Positions 21,075 to 33,299 of a stretch of DNA of 64,000 nt are shown piece by piece (position 1 is the stretch's first letter; every line of letters starts with the position of its first letter). A program made the translations under genes and the position numbers. Origin of the DNA: Cyanidioschyzon merolae (Eukaryota); NCBI GenBank assembly GCA_000091205.1, contig AP006487.2; one strand, written 5' to 3'. The notes under the pieces were generated by a model. It was given only the letters and a program-made list of their open reading frames with translations. It did not search any database and was not told where the DNA came from.

Positions 21075-21698
21075 TCACGGTCGATAGATGCCAACAAACG
21101 GAAGTTGGCGAAACCGCTCATCGCAATCTAGACCATAACCGACTACAAATCGATCGGGGCAGACGAATCCCACGTATCGCACTTCTGGTACCCCTTCGTC
21201 TTTGCGTTCTGTTTGTTTCGAGATAAAGGCGCAAAAGTGCACACTTAAGGCGCCGCGACGCCCGAGTTCTTCGTGAATTGCCTTGAGTGTCTTGCCTGTG
21301 TCGACAATATCCTCAACGACGAGCACATGCTTATCGCGGACGTCCAACAAATCAAAGTCATGCAGCCATACGGACCCAGTGGAATGTGTTCCAGCATATG
21401 ATTTAGCGCGTGCAAAGTAAATTCGCACTGGGTGGGTAATCTTCCGTACGAGATCAGCAAGAAAAATAAAGCTGCCGGTGAGAATGCCTATAATGACAAA
21501 CTCTGGGGCGATGCGACTGTAGTCAGCACTGATCTGGCGACCAAGCTCCGAGACGCGGGCGTTTATCATGGCCTCAGAGAGCAGAATAGACCCAACGTGG
21601 CTCCGCCAATGAGGCGCATCTTCGTCCAACCTGTCGTTCGCAAGTTCCAACGGGCTGCCTGTGGTGCGGTCCATTCCAAGCGTCCTGGTTTGTTCCAC
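21075..21698 (-). CDS. Hypoxanthine-guanine phosphoribosyltransferase
   Basis: 'FVIIGILTGSFIFLADL...VLVVEDIVDTGKTLKAIHEELGRRGALSVHFCAF...FVVGYGLDCDERFRQLPFVGIY' is a PRTase type I motif plus HGPRT C-terminus. Track start is GTG; the likely ATG is at ~21673 (MDRTTGSP...). Confidence 0.85.
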   Translation of the reverse strand: MEQTRTLGMDRTTGSPLELANDRLDEDAPHWRSHVGSILLSEAMINARVSELGRQISADYSRIAPEFVIIGILTGSFIFLADLVRKITHPVRIYFARAKSYAGTHSTGSVWLHDFDLLDVRDKHVLVVEDIVDTGKTLKAIHEELGRRGALSVHFCAFISKQTERKDEGVPEVRYVGFVCPDRFVVGYGLDCDERFRQLPFVGIYRP

Positions 21699-22516
21699 GT
21701 ACAGGTGGAAGAGTGCTGCTGCCGCTGCTGTTGTTGTTGCTAACTGCGAGACGAGCCTCTTCTAGCACCGAATGACCACCAGCCTCCAAAAGTATATCGC
21801 CAGCCGCAAAAACAACTGCAGAGCGCACGCGTGTCGTCAAAGCGTCGCAAGTGGCCCGCTTCTGAACGCCGAATAGGCGACAAGGCTAAACGAGCTCTCG
21901 GCGACAAATCAAGCCTCCTGAACTTCGCCGCGTATGCACTATAGAGAGCTTTCCAAACGTGACACAGGCTCTTTACGCTGAGACCTGGATTTGATAAGGG
22001 GCAACAACCCAACCGAGGCGTGCTGCGTGACTGGTCTCAGGCACACCGCTCAAGCACTCTCCAAGTGTCTCCGAGTCGACGCTGACGCAGCGTACGCCGT
22101 CCTGCGCAAGAGGCACTTTGGTTCTCGGCCGATTGTGCAGTTCAATTTTTCCCAGCCGCGCTAAACTCTTCTCTTGAGCAAGACACAGTAGCTAAGATCC
22201 GCCCGTACCCCAAACCGACCGTGCTCATGGGGCGTTCGCGCCCGCCCGCATGATGCCACAAGAATACAATCCGGAGAATGCTGACACAAGTCCAGGAAAT
22301 AGAATTCTATCCATAAATGTAATTTGTTGTATATATGTACCACCACTGGCTGCACAGAAGGATGGACGCATGAAAAGCAATGTCCATCAAATACATTTGT
22401 GTACATAAATATATACTATTATGTAGCTGAGATCGTTTCGCGCCAACAAGGCATACCGGACGGCACGTTGCCGCAGCCCAGCTTGTGGCATCAATGTCGA
22501 ACATTCTTGCTGGACC

Positions 22517-23083
22517 ATGTTTTCCGTTTTGCGCGGAAAAGTTCACTGGGAAAGGAAGCAACCAATGCTCGCTACGGCACTTCCGAGTGCTGCGAGCCGA
22601 GCTCTGGACAGGCTCAGTGGAACAGCGCTTGAATGGATCTGGCAGTGCTGGAGCGCAGCGCAGCCGTGGCCGCCGTTCTTCGACACAAAGCAGTTTACCG
22701 CGCCGCAGGGTGCACTAGAGCTCAAAGAGCGACTTGCGATCAACATTCCGTACTACAGAGGGAACTATATAATACTGGGATGCGGGCTTCTTATTCTGGC
22801 AGCCTTGCTACGACCAGTCATCGTCGTTGCCGCAATCTTGTTGTTTCTTTTGTATTCCTACCTGTTCTACGGTCAACTGGAGAACTTTTATCCATGGTGG
22901 ACGACGCGAAGAAAGCACGTTGCCTTCGGTGTCGCGGCTGCCCTGGTTGCGTACGGCGTCGACGCTATCGGCACGATATCCTCAACACTGGTAGTGGCCG
23001 CACTGCTTGCGCTGGTGCACAGCGCGTGCCACAAGTGCAACGACGAAGTCGATTTTGAGGCGAACCTACCGAACGGACGGTGA
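22517..23083 (+). CDS. PRA1 family protein (prenylated Rab acceptor / Yip3-like)
   Basis: 'FFDTKQFTAPQGALELKERLAINIPYYRGNYIIL' followed by two long hydrophobic hairpin segments gives PRA1 topology. ATG at 22517; alternative ATG at 22565. Confidence 0.55.
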   Translation: MFSVLRGKVHWERKQPMLATALPSAASRALDRLSGTALEWIWQCWSAAQPWPPFFDTKQFTAPQGALELKERLAINIPYYRGNYIILGCGLLILAALLRPVIVVAAILLFLLYSYLFYGQLENFYPWWTTRRKHVAFGVAAALVAYGVDAIGTISSTLVVAALLALVHSACHKCNDEVDFEANLPNGR

Positions 23084-24055
23084 TGATTTTGGAGCGGCAG
23101 CAGAGAAGCCGTGGCGCATTCTCCAACGGGCGCTGTCTTCACTAGAATAGCCCCGAGCGAGCAAAGGTAGAGGATTGCTGGGGGACTTGAAGAAAAAGCA
23201 CAAGTGCCCCCAACTAGCCGCTCATTGCTCTTGCTTTACTTCGAGAGGGCCCGCAAGCCATGATTATGCGAATAATAGTTCCTGGAATACCTGTTCGCAA
23301 GAAGGCTTTGTTTGGAATGGGTAAGGAAGGTAGCCGTGGACCGGCAAGGAGAATATAGTTCGGCCACAGGTTGTACCCAAGGACAGTGCCGGAGAGCGCG
23401 GCCTCTCCAGTGACATCACGGATGCTCAGCGACACTCATGATAGAGCTCTGGAGCTGCATTGCTCAGCCTGACCCGAGCAGATTCGATGATGCACAATGC
23501 TCTTGGTTTTCGCGCAACCTCCCGCTCGCTCGCCTTTCAAGAGCATGTTCGTCGCTCGTTTCCTCACCGAGGGGAGAGGTACGAAATGTGTTCTAATTCG
23601 GAGAGCGCATTCCGCAGGCAATTGTGTATGCCTCAGACCCATATCCAACAAGACGGGTGACCGCATTTTCCAATCTACCACTCTGATACGATGCCAGCTC
23701 TGCGGCGATTTGGCCGCGTGCTACGGCAAAGGCGCTCCCTCGTTACCACACCGGTGTCAGTCTAGAAAGGAAAACTGATCTGCTCGCTTCGGTCCTTGGC
23801 TCTCGATTTTTTCCAAACTTGTTTAGATGTGCAACATGCTTACTCAGGGTACTGCAATAAGAGCTTGCGGATTCATCCATAGTTTTTGCATTCGTGGTCA
23901 TGTTTTCGGGAGCGCTCATTCGATGCTTTGCTGCTGGAAATCCTAAAGTAACAGGAACCAACATAATTCGCGACGCCTCGAATCAGGGTTTGTAAAATAA
24001 CCGATATCATTATGCAACTCATATGAACAAGCCTCCACTCTTCTCCATTCTTTAG

Positions 24056-24650
24056 GTGTATCCTGGCGAGATAACTCATTCTTTGAGGTTTCGATCTTTC
24101 TTTTCCAACGCAACTCATGGACGTAGCAATAGGCACCGTTCGATCGACAAAAAAAGTACATTAGACGATGACGCTTGCGACCTCTTCACAAGCTCGTGCC
24201 GAAAGTTCTCTGAAATTGTTACGTCAAATAATCAATTCCATTCGAAAATAGAAGCGTGCTCCCTTCGTGGCCATCGACGAGAATCTGTTCCACAACAGCA
24301 TGATACCTGTCAGGGGATATGCGCCCAAAAGCTACGGCAACCTCTGTTTCCTCGGAATGGGCCCTGGACTCGCACTTGATTCATCGCAGCGATAGCATCC
24401 AGTGGAGCTTGCGAGGCCGCTTTGCATGAACGCGCGCACAAAGATTGAAGCCTCTCGACATAGACTCCAACAAGAATTTCTTCCGATACTTGTATCATCA
24501 TGGACAACACCGTCCAACACAAATCTGGATCTTTTTTTGACAACAGCAACGAACACGGGATGGATCATCTTATTCACTCCAACTTATATGCCATGGTTCA
24601 ACCCGACTGAGAACGTGTTCGGGTTCAAGAAAGGAAGCAGGTGGTGAGCT
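24056..24650 (+). mobile_element. Relic of a Tc1/mariner- or IS630-like DDE transposase
   Basis: ORF 24402-24647 ends '...GWIILFTPTYMPWFNPTENVFGFKKG', matching the C-terminal catalytic-E block (LPPYSPDLNPIENVW-type). The upstream piece 24056-24379 contains 'LDDDACDLFTS'. Frames are broken, and the block sits in an AT-richer island. Confidence 0.35.
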
Positions 24651-25587
24651 ATCGAATGGAAATGCGTGCGCTTGCGTGTGCATCGGACAACGCACTAGCC
24701 GAGACTTTCACCCGAAAGAATCCTGTGATTTCAGGTTACGGCACCGGGTACAGAAACGGAAAAGGGCATCGAGCGGAACCTAATATTCAAGTTGCTCCAA
24801 CGCGTCGTGCAGCGGAGGCAAGTCTGCATACGCAAACTGTCCGAGCACAAATCGACAACGAGACTCGATCATGTGTCGGGTGAAGCAGGCTCTGAACCGA
24901 CGCCCTCTGTGGTATGGCAAAGCTGTTCTGCCTTCGTGCTGCATCAGCACCAGTGGTGTACGTGCCATGGCGGACGCTCGCGATATGCACTCGGAGCAAT
25001 ATAGAGCGTAAACAATATGCGGTATCCCCGAAGTAAAGGATGGTTAGTGGTACTTGGAAGTAGATGGAACGATGGATGCTTCATCGTGCGCTGAGAACAA
25101 GCGCACTGTTGGGGATCGCTGGTCTGCGTGAACATTCCGTCAAACAAAAAGAAGCAAAATCGAGCGCGCTCGCACGAGTTTTGTGAATGCGCAAGTCAAC
25201 GCTATCCGGACCCCAGCGATACGTACCGGAAGTTACATGGGGTGACGTCTTTGCGAGCTCAGTGCTGTGGAGCTGGAACCGCAGCTTTAAGTATCTACAG
25301 GGTTGTGCCCAAAGGCACCAATGTCGGAATACTTTCAGCGTGTCATGAACCACCGTTTCCAGGTTTGGATTCAGAGCTACCGCTGCGATGCCGAATCTTC
25401 ATCTCGATGCATCGCAGCAGAGTTTTCCCGTTCGGTAAACTACGACATATGAGGTGTTTTCGCATGACCTGCCCAGTGACATTGCGATCGGTTTGTACGA
25501 AGGTTTGCGGCGGCGGCGCCCTGTCGAACACCAAGAGGCATTATTTGCAAAGGCTAATATCGGGCAGGTACCGGTGGACCCTATCTA

Positions 25588-26706
25588 CTATCCGGATACA
25601 AGCTGCTCAACCTGCATGCTCAGTGGTGCGTGCAGCAGCGCGTAAGAAACGTTTGCTTTGAACAATCCCATGTGCTGTTGCTCTGCGCTCACAGAGAACC
25701 ACTGATGAAAACGACTCTGGCGGATGATCTCAGCGGTGTTCCGATCCACGCGCACAGGTTTCTCTTTGGGGAACGTGAAGAAGCGATCGAGCTTGAATTC
25801 TTCGCCAATCCCGCCCAGGTATGTAGCTAACTGTCCGTAGTCCTCCCGGGTTCCTTCCAGTGTTGCGATCTTGAAACATCGATAAGTGCATGAATAGAAC
25901 TGCACGTTCGACACGAGCTTTCGTAGTTGCGGATCAATGACATCGACAGGACTGCCTGCAACCAATCGCACGTCGCGGAACCCTGCCTCTTCCATGAGGC
26001 GACGGAAATCCTCCAAGTAGAGCGCACCGCCGAGGCCCTCTCCGTACATGACCGGATCCTGTTTGGCCGCTGCGCTCAGCCTGCCACCCGCATACATATC
26101 GGAAAAGTACAACTCGCCTCCGTTGCGAAGAACACGGTGAATCTCCTTGAATAACGCCAGCTTGTTCGTCGATAGATTGCAAACACAGTTGCTTATCACG
26201 ACATCGACCGAGGAGTCCGGAACACCTTCCGGTTCCGCAGTGGCTAGGTTCTCGATGAAACCCTTAAGAAAACGCACATTCGACCGACTCGGACTCCCGA
26301 AAAACTTTTCTGCATGATATTCTGTATATTTCCGGGCGACTTCAAGTTGACTGTCGAGCATGTCCACCCCAATGACTTTACCATGCTCGCCAACCAGCTT
26401 TGAAGCGAGGTACACGTCGCGACCTGTGCCGCAGCCCAGATCTAGTACCGTCGCGCCCTCGAGAGAGCTATCATCCGGGAGCGTAGACCCGCAACCGTAG
26501 AACTTTTCCAGGATCTCATCAGCGATCTCTGCCAGGATTTGGCGATGGCTCTCCGGGACAGCCGCGGCAAGCTTGCAAGCGCTCGTCTTTAGGTCAGTGC
26601 TTGACTGAAGCGTTTTGCCGTAGTAGTCCGCCACGTGGTCCCGAATGGACGGAGATGAGCCACTATTCTCTGACTTTTGGCAACCAGAGGCACAGCTGCA
26701 CGGCAT
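25588..26706 (-). CDS. AS3MT: Arsenite S-adenosylmethionine methyltransferase (AS3MT/ArsM type)
   Basis: '[51 protein letters not shown]...[37 protein letters not shown]' is colinear with AS3MT, including the Cys-rich N-terminus (MPCSCASGC). Track start 26718 is TTG; ATG at 26704-26706. Confidence 0.85.
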   Translation of the reverse strand: MPCSCASGCQKSENSGSSPSIRDHVADYYGKTLQSSTDLKTSACKLAAAVPESHRQILAEIADEILEKFYGCGSTLPDDSSLEGATVLDLGCGTGRDVYLASKLVGEHGKVIGVDMLDSQLEVARKYTEYHAEKFFGSPSRSNVRFLKGFIENLATAEPEGVPDSSVDVVISNCVCNLSTNKLALFKEIHRVLRNGGELYFSDMYAGGRLSAAAKQDPVMYGEGLGGALYLEDFRRLMEEAGFRDVRLVAGSPVDVIDPQLRKLVSNVQFYSCTYRCFKIATLEGTREDYGQLATYLGGIGEEFKLDRFFTFPKEKPVRVDRNTAEIIRQSRFHQWFSVSAEQQHMGLFKANVSYALLHAPLSMQVEQLVSG

Positions 26707-27644
26707 GGTTCGCAGCAAAATAGCCGTTCAGTTCCACTCTGAACAAATACACGTTCTTGCTTTGTCAGCGCCAGCAGCGATGTGCACAGTGAAGATGTTT
26801 TAGCGTAATAGACATCTGGCTGCTTCGCAAGGCCTACCTTCCCGCACACATGATCGTCGATGCATGCGCATCGCGCGACTGTCATCGACACCAGAAGAGA
26901 GAATGACGACTAATAGACAATTCTGTACAAGATTGCTTTCCCGCTCTAGGGTGAGCGGTGGTACGTCGAAAAGTTTCCCATGTTTTCTATCGGATCCTTA
27001 TAGTGACAAGGTTTCGCGAGCAGGACAAAGCTGCCGGTCTTTCGCTCCGTGCCCCCCCGCTGGCGGGTGCTAGAGTGAGACCTCAGCTGCTTGTCCGTAA
27101 CAAAGCACATTCTGGGACTAGGAGCAGGCTGCTGCGTCTGGGCGTCGGTCTGGTTGTGGTGGACTCCCAGTGTAACGCTTCGCGCTGCCGCAGGTGGCAC
27201 GTCTGTCCGCAAAGCCTACAGACTACCAGAATAGTGACGAATCCCGATCCCGTTTGGGATCAGCCTCAGCTCGAGCCGACGCTTTCAGTTGTATGGCAAA
27301 GCCGTTCTGTCTCCGTTCTGCATCCGCCCGGCCGTATGGGCGCTATGGCGGGTGCAGTAAGGCAGGCGCTCGGCGCACGATAGAACGTTCGGAACGACCA
27401 TCTCATCCGAGAGGATGTAATGGAGCTTACAGGTAGAGAGCGGCATAATGGACGCTTTCCCGAAAGCGATTACCTATCGCGCAAGCTGATAGCCGTGGCC
27501 AAAGTAAACGTATTTTCAAAACAAATGAGTGGGACCGTCTATACGCCTCCAGCGCTTGTCCGTAGCGACAGAAGCGTGCCACCACGCTACCCAGGGCAGC
27601 GCCCGGAAAGCATGTGGTGGAAATATGGGAACACGTGACCACTG

Positions 27645-27960
27645 TCAAGTCACAGCTGAGACGGGCGCACCGGTGCAGTAGAGAACGAAGATGAAAATTG
27701 CCAACGAAGCGTAAATCCTGACGACAGTCTGCGCATTCAATGCGTCGACTATAGCTAGAAGGAGCGGAATCGGGACGTTTACGCTTCTAGCAAATCCATT
27801 GAATGATGTCAACAGAGCTCGAGGACCACTAAAGACCGGCATGATTAAAAGCGGGAACCAGACAGTGGAAAAAGAGAGCAGCCGCAGATAACGCTCACAG
27901 AGTCTGGTATTGATGACAGTGGGAACGACCCAAAACTCAGTGAACACGCCCGAGTGAGAA
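27645..27960 (-). repeat. Paralogous segment encoding a small hydrophobic peptide (…LLLAIVDALNAQTVVRIYASLAIFIFVLY…); paralog at 33300-33700
   Basis: About 250 nt are ~70% identical to 33300-33700. Minus-strand translations are conserved ('DALN.Q...ASLAIFIF') despite a frameshift in the second copy. Confidence 0.4.
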
Positions 27961-28209
27961 CACCCGTACCATTTTATTCTGATATAGAAGTAGAGCGATT
28001 GTCGTCAACTCCCGCGGCACGACGGGGCGAAATCGTCTTCCGTGTGCATCTGGGTCACGACTCGTCTCATCTTCTATGAACCTACCGTGCATCTTTTGCA
28101 TCACAAGTCGATGCATTAGCGAGGAAAATGTTTCGGCTGATACTAGCGTCGTCAATCCCGAGGCGACAGCGTAATGGGTGCCTGCCGTCCGCCGTTTCGG
28201 CCAATAGCC

Positions 28210-30228
28210 TCATCGAAACTGAATATAAAAGGCTAGTATTTCTGCCACAAGAACCACGGATAACACGTCGAGTGCCGCCGATGTTAAGCGCGATGGCGCA
28301 GCGCTCGAAAACGTCTCTTGTGCAGCTGAGAACTCGCCTTGCGGGCTAAAGAGCGGCTCTTGACTAGCCGCCTCTCCAGCGAGGAGGGTATCTCTCGAGG
28401 CTACCCGCTTCATAGACGGCGCCGTATGCTCGGGGTCCACCGAAAAAGCCTCGTCTGAGTTTTCCGTCCCTGAAAATGACTCGATCTCAAGCTCGACTGT
28501 CTGCTGCCTAGCAGCCGGATCGGAGCTGCTCGGCTCGTCAGCCACGTAGCGTGACGCTCCTACAACCTGTTTCGAAGACGCTTCACCGATTTGGTTCCCT
28601 GCTGTGGTTCGTACGTGCGAGCCTGACGCACCTGCCTCTTGGAAGAGCAGCCCTAGCTGCTGCTCCGATGGCGGTTCGGTGAACAGACTCACTGTGACTA
28701 GAAGCAAACTGCTGAAAACCCAGGAGAAAATTGCGAAATACAGAAAGTTACTCTGAAAGAAGATTTTGCCAAGAGCGCCGAGGGGTGCCTCTCGGTGCGC
28801 CAAACGCAGCGCGACCTCGACAACGAAGCGCACCAGCCCGAGTGCGCCACCAACAAGCAGCGTGCAGAGCGCACCAGTCGCAGTTGCCCGTCGCCAGGCA
28901 ATACCAGCCACGAATACAACAGCGATCGGTGGAGCGATGTAGCTGATCACGGACTGGATGTAGAAGTAGAGCTCCTCGCCCATGCCTTCCACGATCGGAA
29001 TCCAGGCGAGACTGAAGGCACACAATACGATATTCGCGATTCTACCCAGCAATACAAGCGTCTTGTCCGAGAGCCGACTTAAGCCGCAGCATTCGATGAC
29101 AAAGTCATACACAACTACGGTTGAAGTGCTGTTAAAGGTTGACGCAAGCGACGACATGAGTGCTGCCAGCATAGCACTGACCATCAAACCAAGCAGGCCG
29201 TGGGGTAAAAGTCGTGCCACTGCCGTCGGATAGGCTTGATTTGGGTTCGCAGCTACTTCCGGAAATAACAGGAATGCACACAAACCAGGAATCACCATCA
29301 TAAAGGGTACCAACGTCTTCAAGAATCCGCACAAGAGACTTCCGCCACGTGCGTGCGCTTCCGATTTCGCGGAGAGGACGCGTTGCACCACAACTTGGTC
29401 CGTGCACCAGTAGAAAACTTCCAAGGCAGGCAGGCCAAAGATGATTCCTGGCCAGGGGTATTCGACCCAGGGAGTCGTCGACGAGGGCCATTGCAAGAGA
29501 TCCAACATTTGTCGCCGATTCTGCGCTGCGAGCAGCTCAGAAAGGCCGGCCAGGCTCCCAACAGCCTGGAGACTTCTGACTGCCAGCGCAAGCCCGCCGG
29601 CGAGTAAAACGAACGCTTGCAGAACTTCAGTCCATATCACTGCCCGCAGACCGCCCAAGCTCGTGTAGAGTGTCGTCAATACTAGGATCATGATCAGAGA
29701 AAACCATACAGGCCAACCGAGCAGCACCCGCAGAATGATCGCCCCAGAGTACAACGTTGCACTGACTTTGGTCAAAATAGCCATCATGATCGTTGCTAGG
29801 GCATGGTACCGCCGAGCGCCCGCTGCGTATCGCAGTTCAAGAAACTTGGGAACCGTGTGCAGGCTGTTGCGGAGGTAGAATGGCGCAAAGACCCTTCCGA
29901 GCACAACGCCCACGAAGATAGACGCCATCCACTCAAAAGATGCCACCGCAAGACCGGATGTCGCCCCTGCAGCTGCTAAAGCAATAAAGTGCTCGCTTCC
30001 TATGTTAGACATAAATAGGGAAGCACCTACTGCGAAAAAAGTCGTTGAACGGCCTGCAAGGAAGAACATTTCAGAGGCTGGCTTACTCTGAGTACCTGAC
30101 CCAGCGCGAGAACTTTTCCGAGTCGAAAGCCAGATTGCCAGAACCAGTGCACTAAAATAGACAATAACCAGCACCCAGTCGAGCGTGTTCAACGCAACCG
30201 CGGTGTTCGCGGGTGCTGTGGACGCCAT
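28210..30228 (-). CDS. Sodium:solute symporter family (SSS/SLC5-like) transporter
   Basis: 672-aa ORF with ATG at 30226-30228 and ~13 hydrophobic segments. 'FFLAGRSTTFFAVGASLFMSNIGSEHFIALAAAGATSGLAVASFEW' is an SSF signature region. Long hydrophilic C-terminal tail. Confidence 0.85.
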   Translation of the reverse strand: MASTAPANTAVALNTLDWVLVIVYFSALVLAIWLSTRKSSRAGSGTQSKPASEMFFLAGRSTTFFAVGASLFMSNIGSEHFIALAAAGATSGLAVASFEWMASIFVGVVLGRVFAPFYLRNSLHTVPKFLELRYAAGARRYHALATIMMAILTKVSATLYSGAIILRVLLGWPVWFSLIMILVLTTLYTSLGGLRAVIWTEVLQAFVLLAGGLALAVRSLQAVGSLAGLSELLAAQNRRQMLDLLQWPSSTTPWVEYPWPGIIFGLPALEVFYWCTDQVVVQRVLSAKSEAHARGGSLLCGFLKTLVPFMMVIPGLCAFLLFPEVAANPNQAYPTAVARLLPHGLLGLMVSAMLAALMSSLASTFNSTSTVVVYDFVIECCGLSRLSDKTLVLLGRIANIVLCAFSLAWIPIVEGMGEELYFYIQSVISYIAPPIAVVFVAGIAWRRATATGALCTLLVGGALGLVRFVVEVALRLAHREAPLGALGKIFFQSNFLYFAIFSWVFSSLLLVTVSLFTEPPSEQQLGLLFQEAGASGSHVRTTAGNQIGEASSKQVVGASRYVADEPSSSDPAARQQTVELEIESFSGTENSDEAFSVDPEHTAPSMKRVASRDTLLAGEAASQEPLFSPQGEFSAAQETFSSAAPSRLTSAALDVLSVVLVAEILAFYIQFR

Positions 30229-30549
30229 GCGTGCGAGTCGTCGACAGCTGCTGGCTGTCTCTTGCTGTGAATCTTACAAATTTAGTCTTTCCAGAAACAC
30301 GCTTTTGACCTCCCAATACGTAAAAACGGGACCAGGGCGAGCATGCACGGTTCGTATTCTGACAAGTCCGTAGAGCGCGCCCAACTCTAGCGAGTAACCC
30401 TGCAGTAGAGCTGTCAGAGAGAATGGCGGGCCCGCAACACCCTCCGGGGCACTCACTGCACTGCTGCGCAGTGTCGCGATCATGGTCAAGAATGGATTGC
30501 GATCCATGATGGTTAATGAATACCCGATCGTAGACGCTTTCCAGCCTTT

Positions 30550-33000
30550 TTGACCGACTGACTGCTATCAGCTTCAGTTTATCCAGGTATGCTTCGATCA
30601 TAAGAGGATGTTTCTCAAACATGGCTCGCGTCAGGTCCTCGGGTCTCTTCCTCAGCGCCACACATGGTTTGATGTTGACGGAGGCGTTGAAGTCTCGGTT
30701 AACGAACTCCTTGTGTGCATTGCTGCTGCTTGAACTGATCATTGCAAGGAGCGCTATACATCATGCTCTCTTCGCAACTACACTCTCGTCATCGTCCCGT
30801 CGCCCAAACACTTTTTCTCGTCCATATCCTCTCTCCTTCGTCGTCTTTTGCTCGTCTTCGCTCGATGATCTATGAGAAGAAGATTTTTCCATTTGTGTGT
30901 CGAACATGGTGATGGAGGCCCTCCAGGATCCCCGACTTCTATGTCCATACCTTTTCCTTCGATTTTTTATCTTTGAAAATGAACGCTCTTGTTTATGCGC
31001 ATAGTTGAGGACCTTCCCGAAGAAAGAGAGACTTGCGCAAGCTCGACGACGTGTGCCCCGGTGTGTCACCGTGTGCTGAACGCTTCAGCGATTCGCCCAG
31101 TAGAGCGATCATCACACGTTCCACATTAGAAAGGAGTGCTTTGATAAGGCCGCGCCACGGTGCGTACGGAGGAATGAAAAGCTGCTCTCACCCCCGCAGA
31201 ATTGGCACAGCTCGAACGCAACAGGAATGGTGAAATGCTACGTTTCCAATCGAAGGACATTGCCAGTCGTCACGGAAAAAGTCTTGAATGATTCGATAAA
31301 AAGAGTGCTGTTGTGTGAGCCTTCTCTATTTGTGAAACTGAGGAACCGAATGGAATCCAATGCAGCTGGAACAGATGATATCCTCGTTCTTTTCGAGCTC
31401 TATCGTACATACAACGCGCTCCTTCTCCTCGAATAACCGTGTACGTTCTGGTCGTTTTTCTCCGAGGAAAGTCTCATCTACTTGCAAAACAAATCAAAGT
31501 CGCTGTGCTTCATGCCATTCGCGAGGCTCCAGGAGTGCTGCAGTTTCGTTTTCGGTGGAAGATGGCCATAGTTGAACTGAGACTCTTTTTGGCGAGTGTA
31601 TCCCGGTGTTTTCAGGACCACACGAACAAGCTGTTGAGAAACAGAGAAGCCCATAGCGGCTACGATCTTCGCTTTTTGCTTTCCGTGAAAGTTGACCAAC
31701 GGGTTGTTCTCTACCATTGGCTGCAAGCTGTCTCTACGAGTACCGGTTTGTGGCGCGAAGTGCATCTACTTTCTTTCGATGCTGCTGAACCATCTGAGTA
31801 CTGTGGTATGACTGAGCTGAAGGAGCAATGCAGTCCTCTTTGCACTGTTCAGTAAAAAATATGTATACTTCAGGCAGTTCGTCTACCATCTTTCCAGCGC
31901 ATTGTATCGTGATTGCGACCGCCTAATATACACCGCAGCCGGGTGGATAAAGATTGGGTTAAAAGACTCTGGCTAAGGAGGGCCGACGTACCCGGTACCA
32001 ACCGGCGTAGGTCGTATGCCGGATGGTTGAACAAGTCACAGATGCTGAGCGATACAAGAGTACGCGGAAAATAAGATTCCAAGGGTTTTGTGAAATGTGG
32101 AAGCATCTCTATGACGAGAACTGACGCCATTTGCAACATTACTAGCATTCTTCGCGCGTTCGAATACGCTGGTTCTAGTCACGGGTACTGCACCAACACG
32201 AAAACCCGGTACGGTCCCGGGACGGAGCACTCCCAAATGGCACCGCTGTCGCTCGAGCGCGCCTCTGGCCATCGAGAGGCGAGGTCTCCATGACAAGCAC
32301 CTAAGGCCAGACCAGATTAAAATGGGATGCTGAACAGCTCGAGTTGCCTGTGCCTTTCGATTTCTTTTACAGACCCTTTTAGTAGTAGAGCCTCGAAAAT
32401 TCGAGGTATAGGAGTGAGGGTTTACGGACTCACAGCTAGTTTTCGGATTCTTGTTCGTCTAGTCTGAGCGGGTACTTTGGCGATTTAGAGTCGGAAATTG
32501 CTACAGAGTCAAGATGACTCACAATAGACTTGGACTAGTGCCAGAAAAGTAACCAATGACATCATCCAATTCACAAGTACAGACCACCACTGTTCTCTTC
32601 ATAATAGATGTAGTGTGCTCATATTATATATTCTTTGTGTTCTCGATCTTTCTCTTACAGAGCAACTGGCTAGCGTACGAATGAGGTCGGCTGGATTGAT
32701 GACGAAAAAACCTCGACGTCGTTTCTTGCTGAATTCTTCAAATGCTCGCGCCAAAAGTTTATGGGATGCGTCACTCCAAATCCTCGACTCTGTTCGGGAG
32801 AGAAATCCTCCTCGTTTCGTCGCCATTGACGAAGCTGAATTCGACGGCAACATGAGAAAACTCACGGGAGGTGCTCACAGAGACTTCGTTCTCTTCTATC
32901 TGCATGTAAAAGGGTCTTGGACTCGGATTTTAGTCATAGCAGTGATCGCTCCTGGAAGGGAATACCTCATCGCCCGGCAAGAAGGGACCGTAGCCGAATA
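30550..33000 (-). mobile_element. Fanzor/TnpB-like element copy 2 (degenerate, minus strand)
   Basis: 30660-30742 (minus) encodes 'HKEFVNRDFNASVNIKPCVALRKRPEDL...', homologous to copy 1 'MEFVNRDFHAAINIRKYAVLEKRPPEL...'. The upstream piece 30761-31069 has '...FDTQMEKSSSHRSSSEDEQKTTKER', comparable to copy 1 'QRVEMEK..LTEEQMERRAKVR'. The 3'-terminal nucleotides 30540-30600 are homologous to 13790-13850. Upper boundary (~33000) is approximate, and frames are broken throughout. Confidence 0.45.
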
Positions 33001-33299
33001 GAAAAACAAGTTGTCGACTTGTTCTCCAGGCTAGATCCTGCTTCCAGTACTAGCTTGGTCAAGAACAACCTGGCATTCTACAAATACTTTATGGACTGGG
33101 GGAGCGTGCGCTTGTGCACGCAAAGCACGGAGTACTTGCCAACGGCACCGCCCAGACGGAGGCCATCGTCTTTGGGTATGGGGTGCGACGCAGAAACGGA
33201 GGACACCATCAAATGCAGACATCTGCATCCGGCAGGGGTATCTGTCGAGCGATAAAGCAAGTGCCGGCGGGCAACGCTCGGAGGAGGAGATATTGAGGA

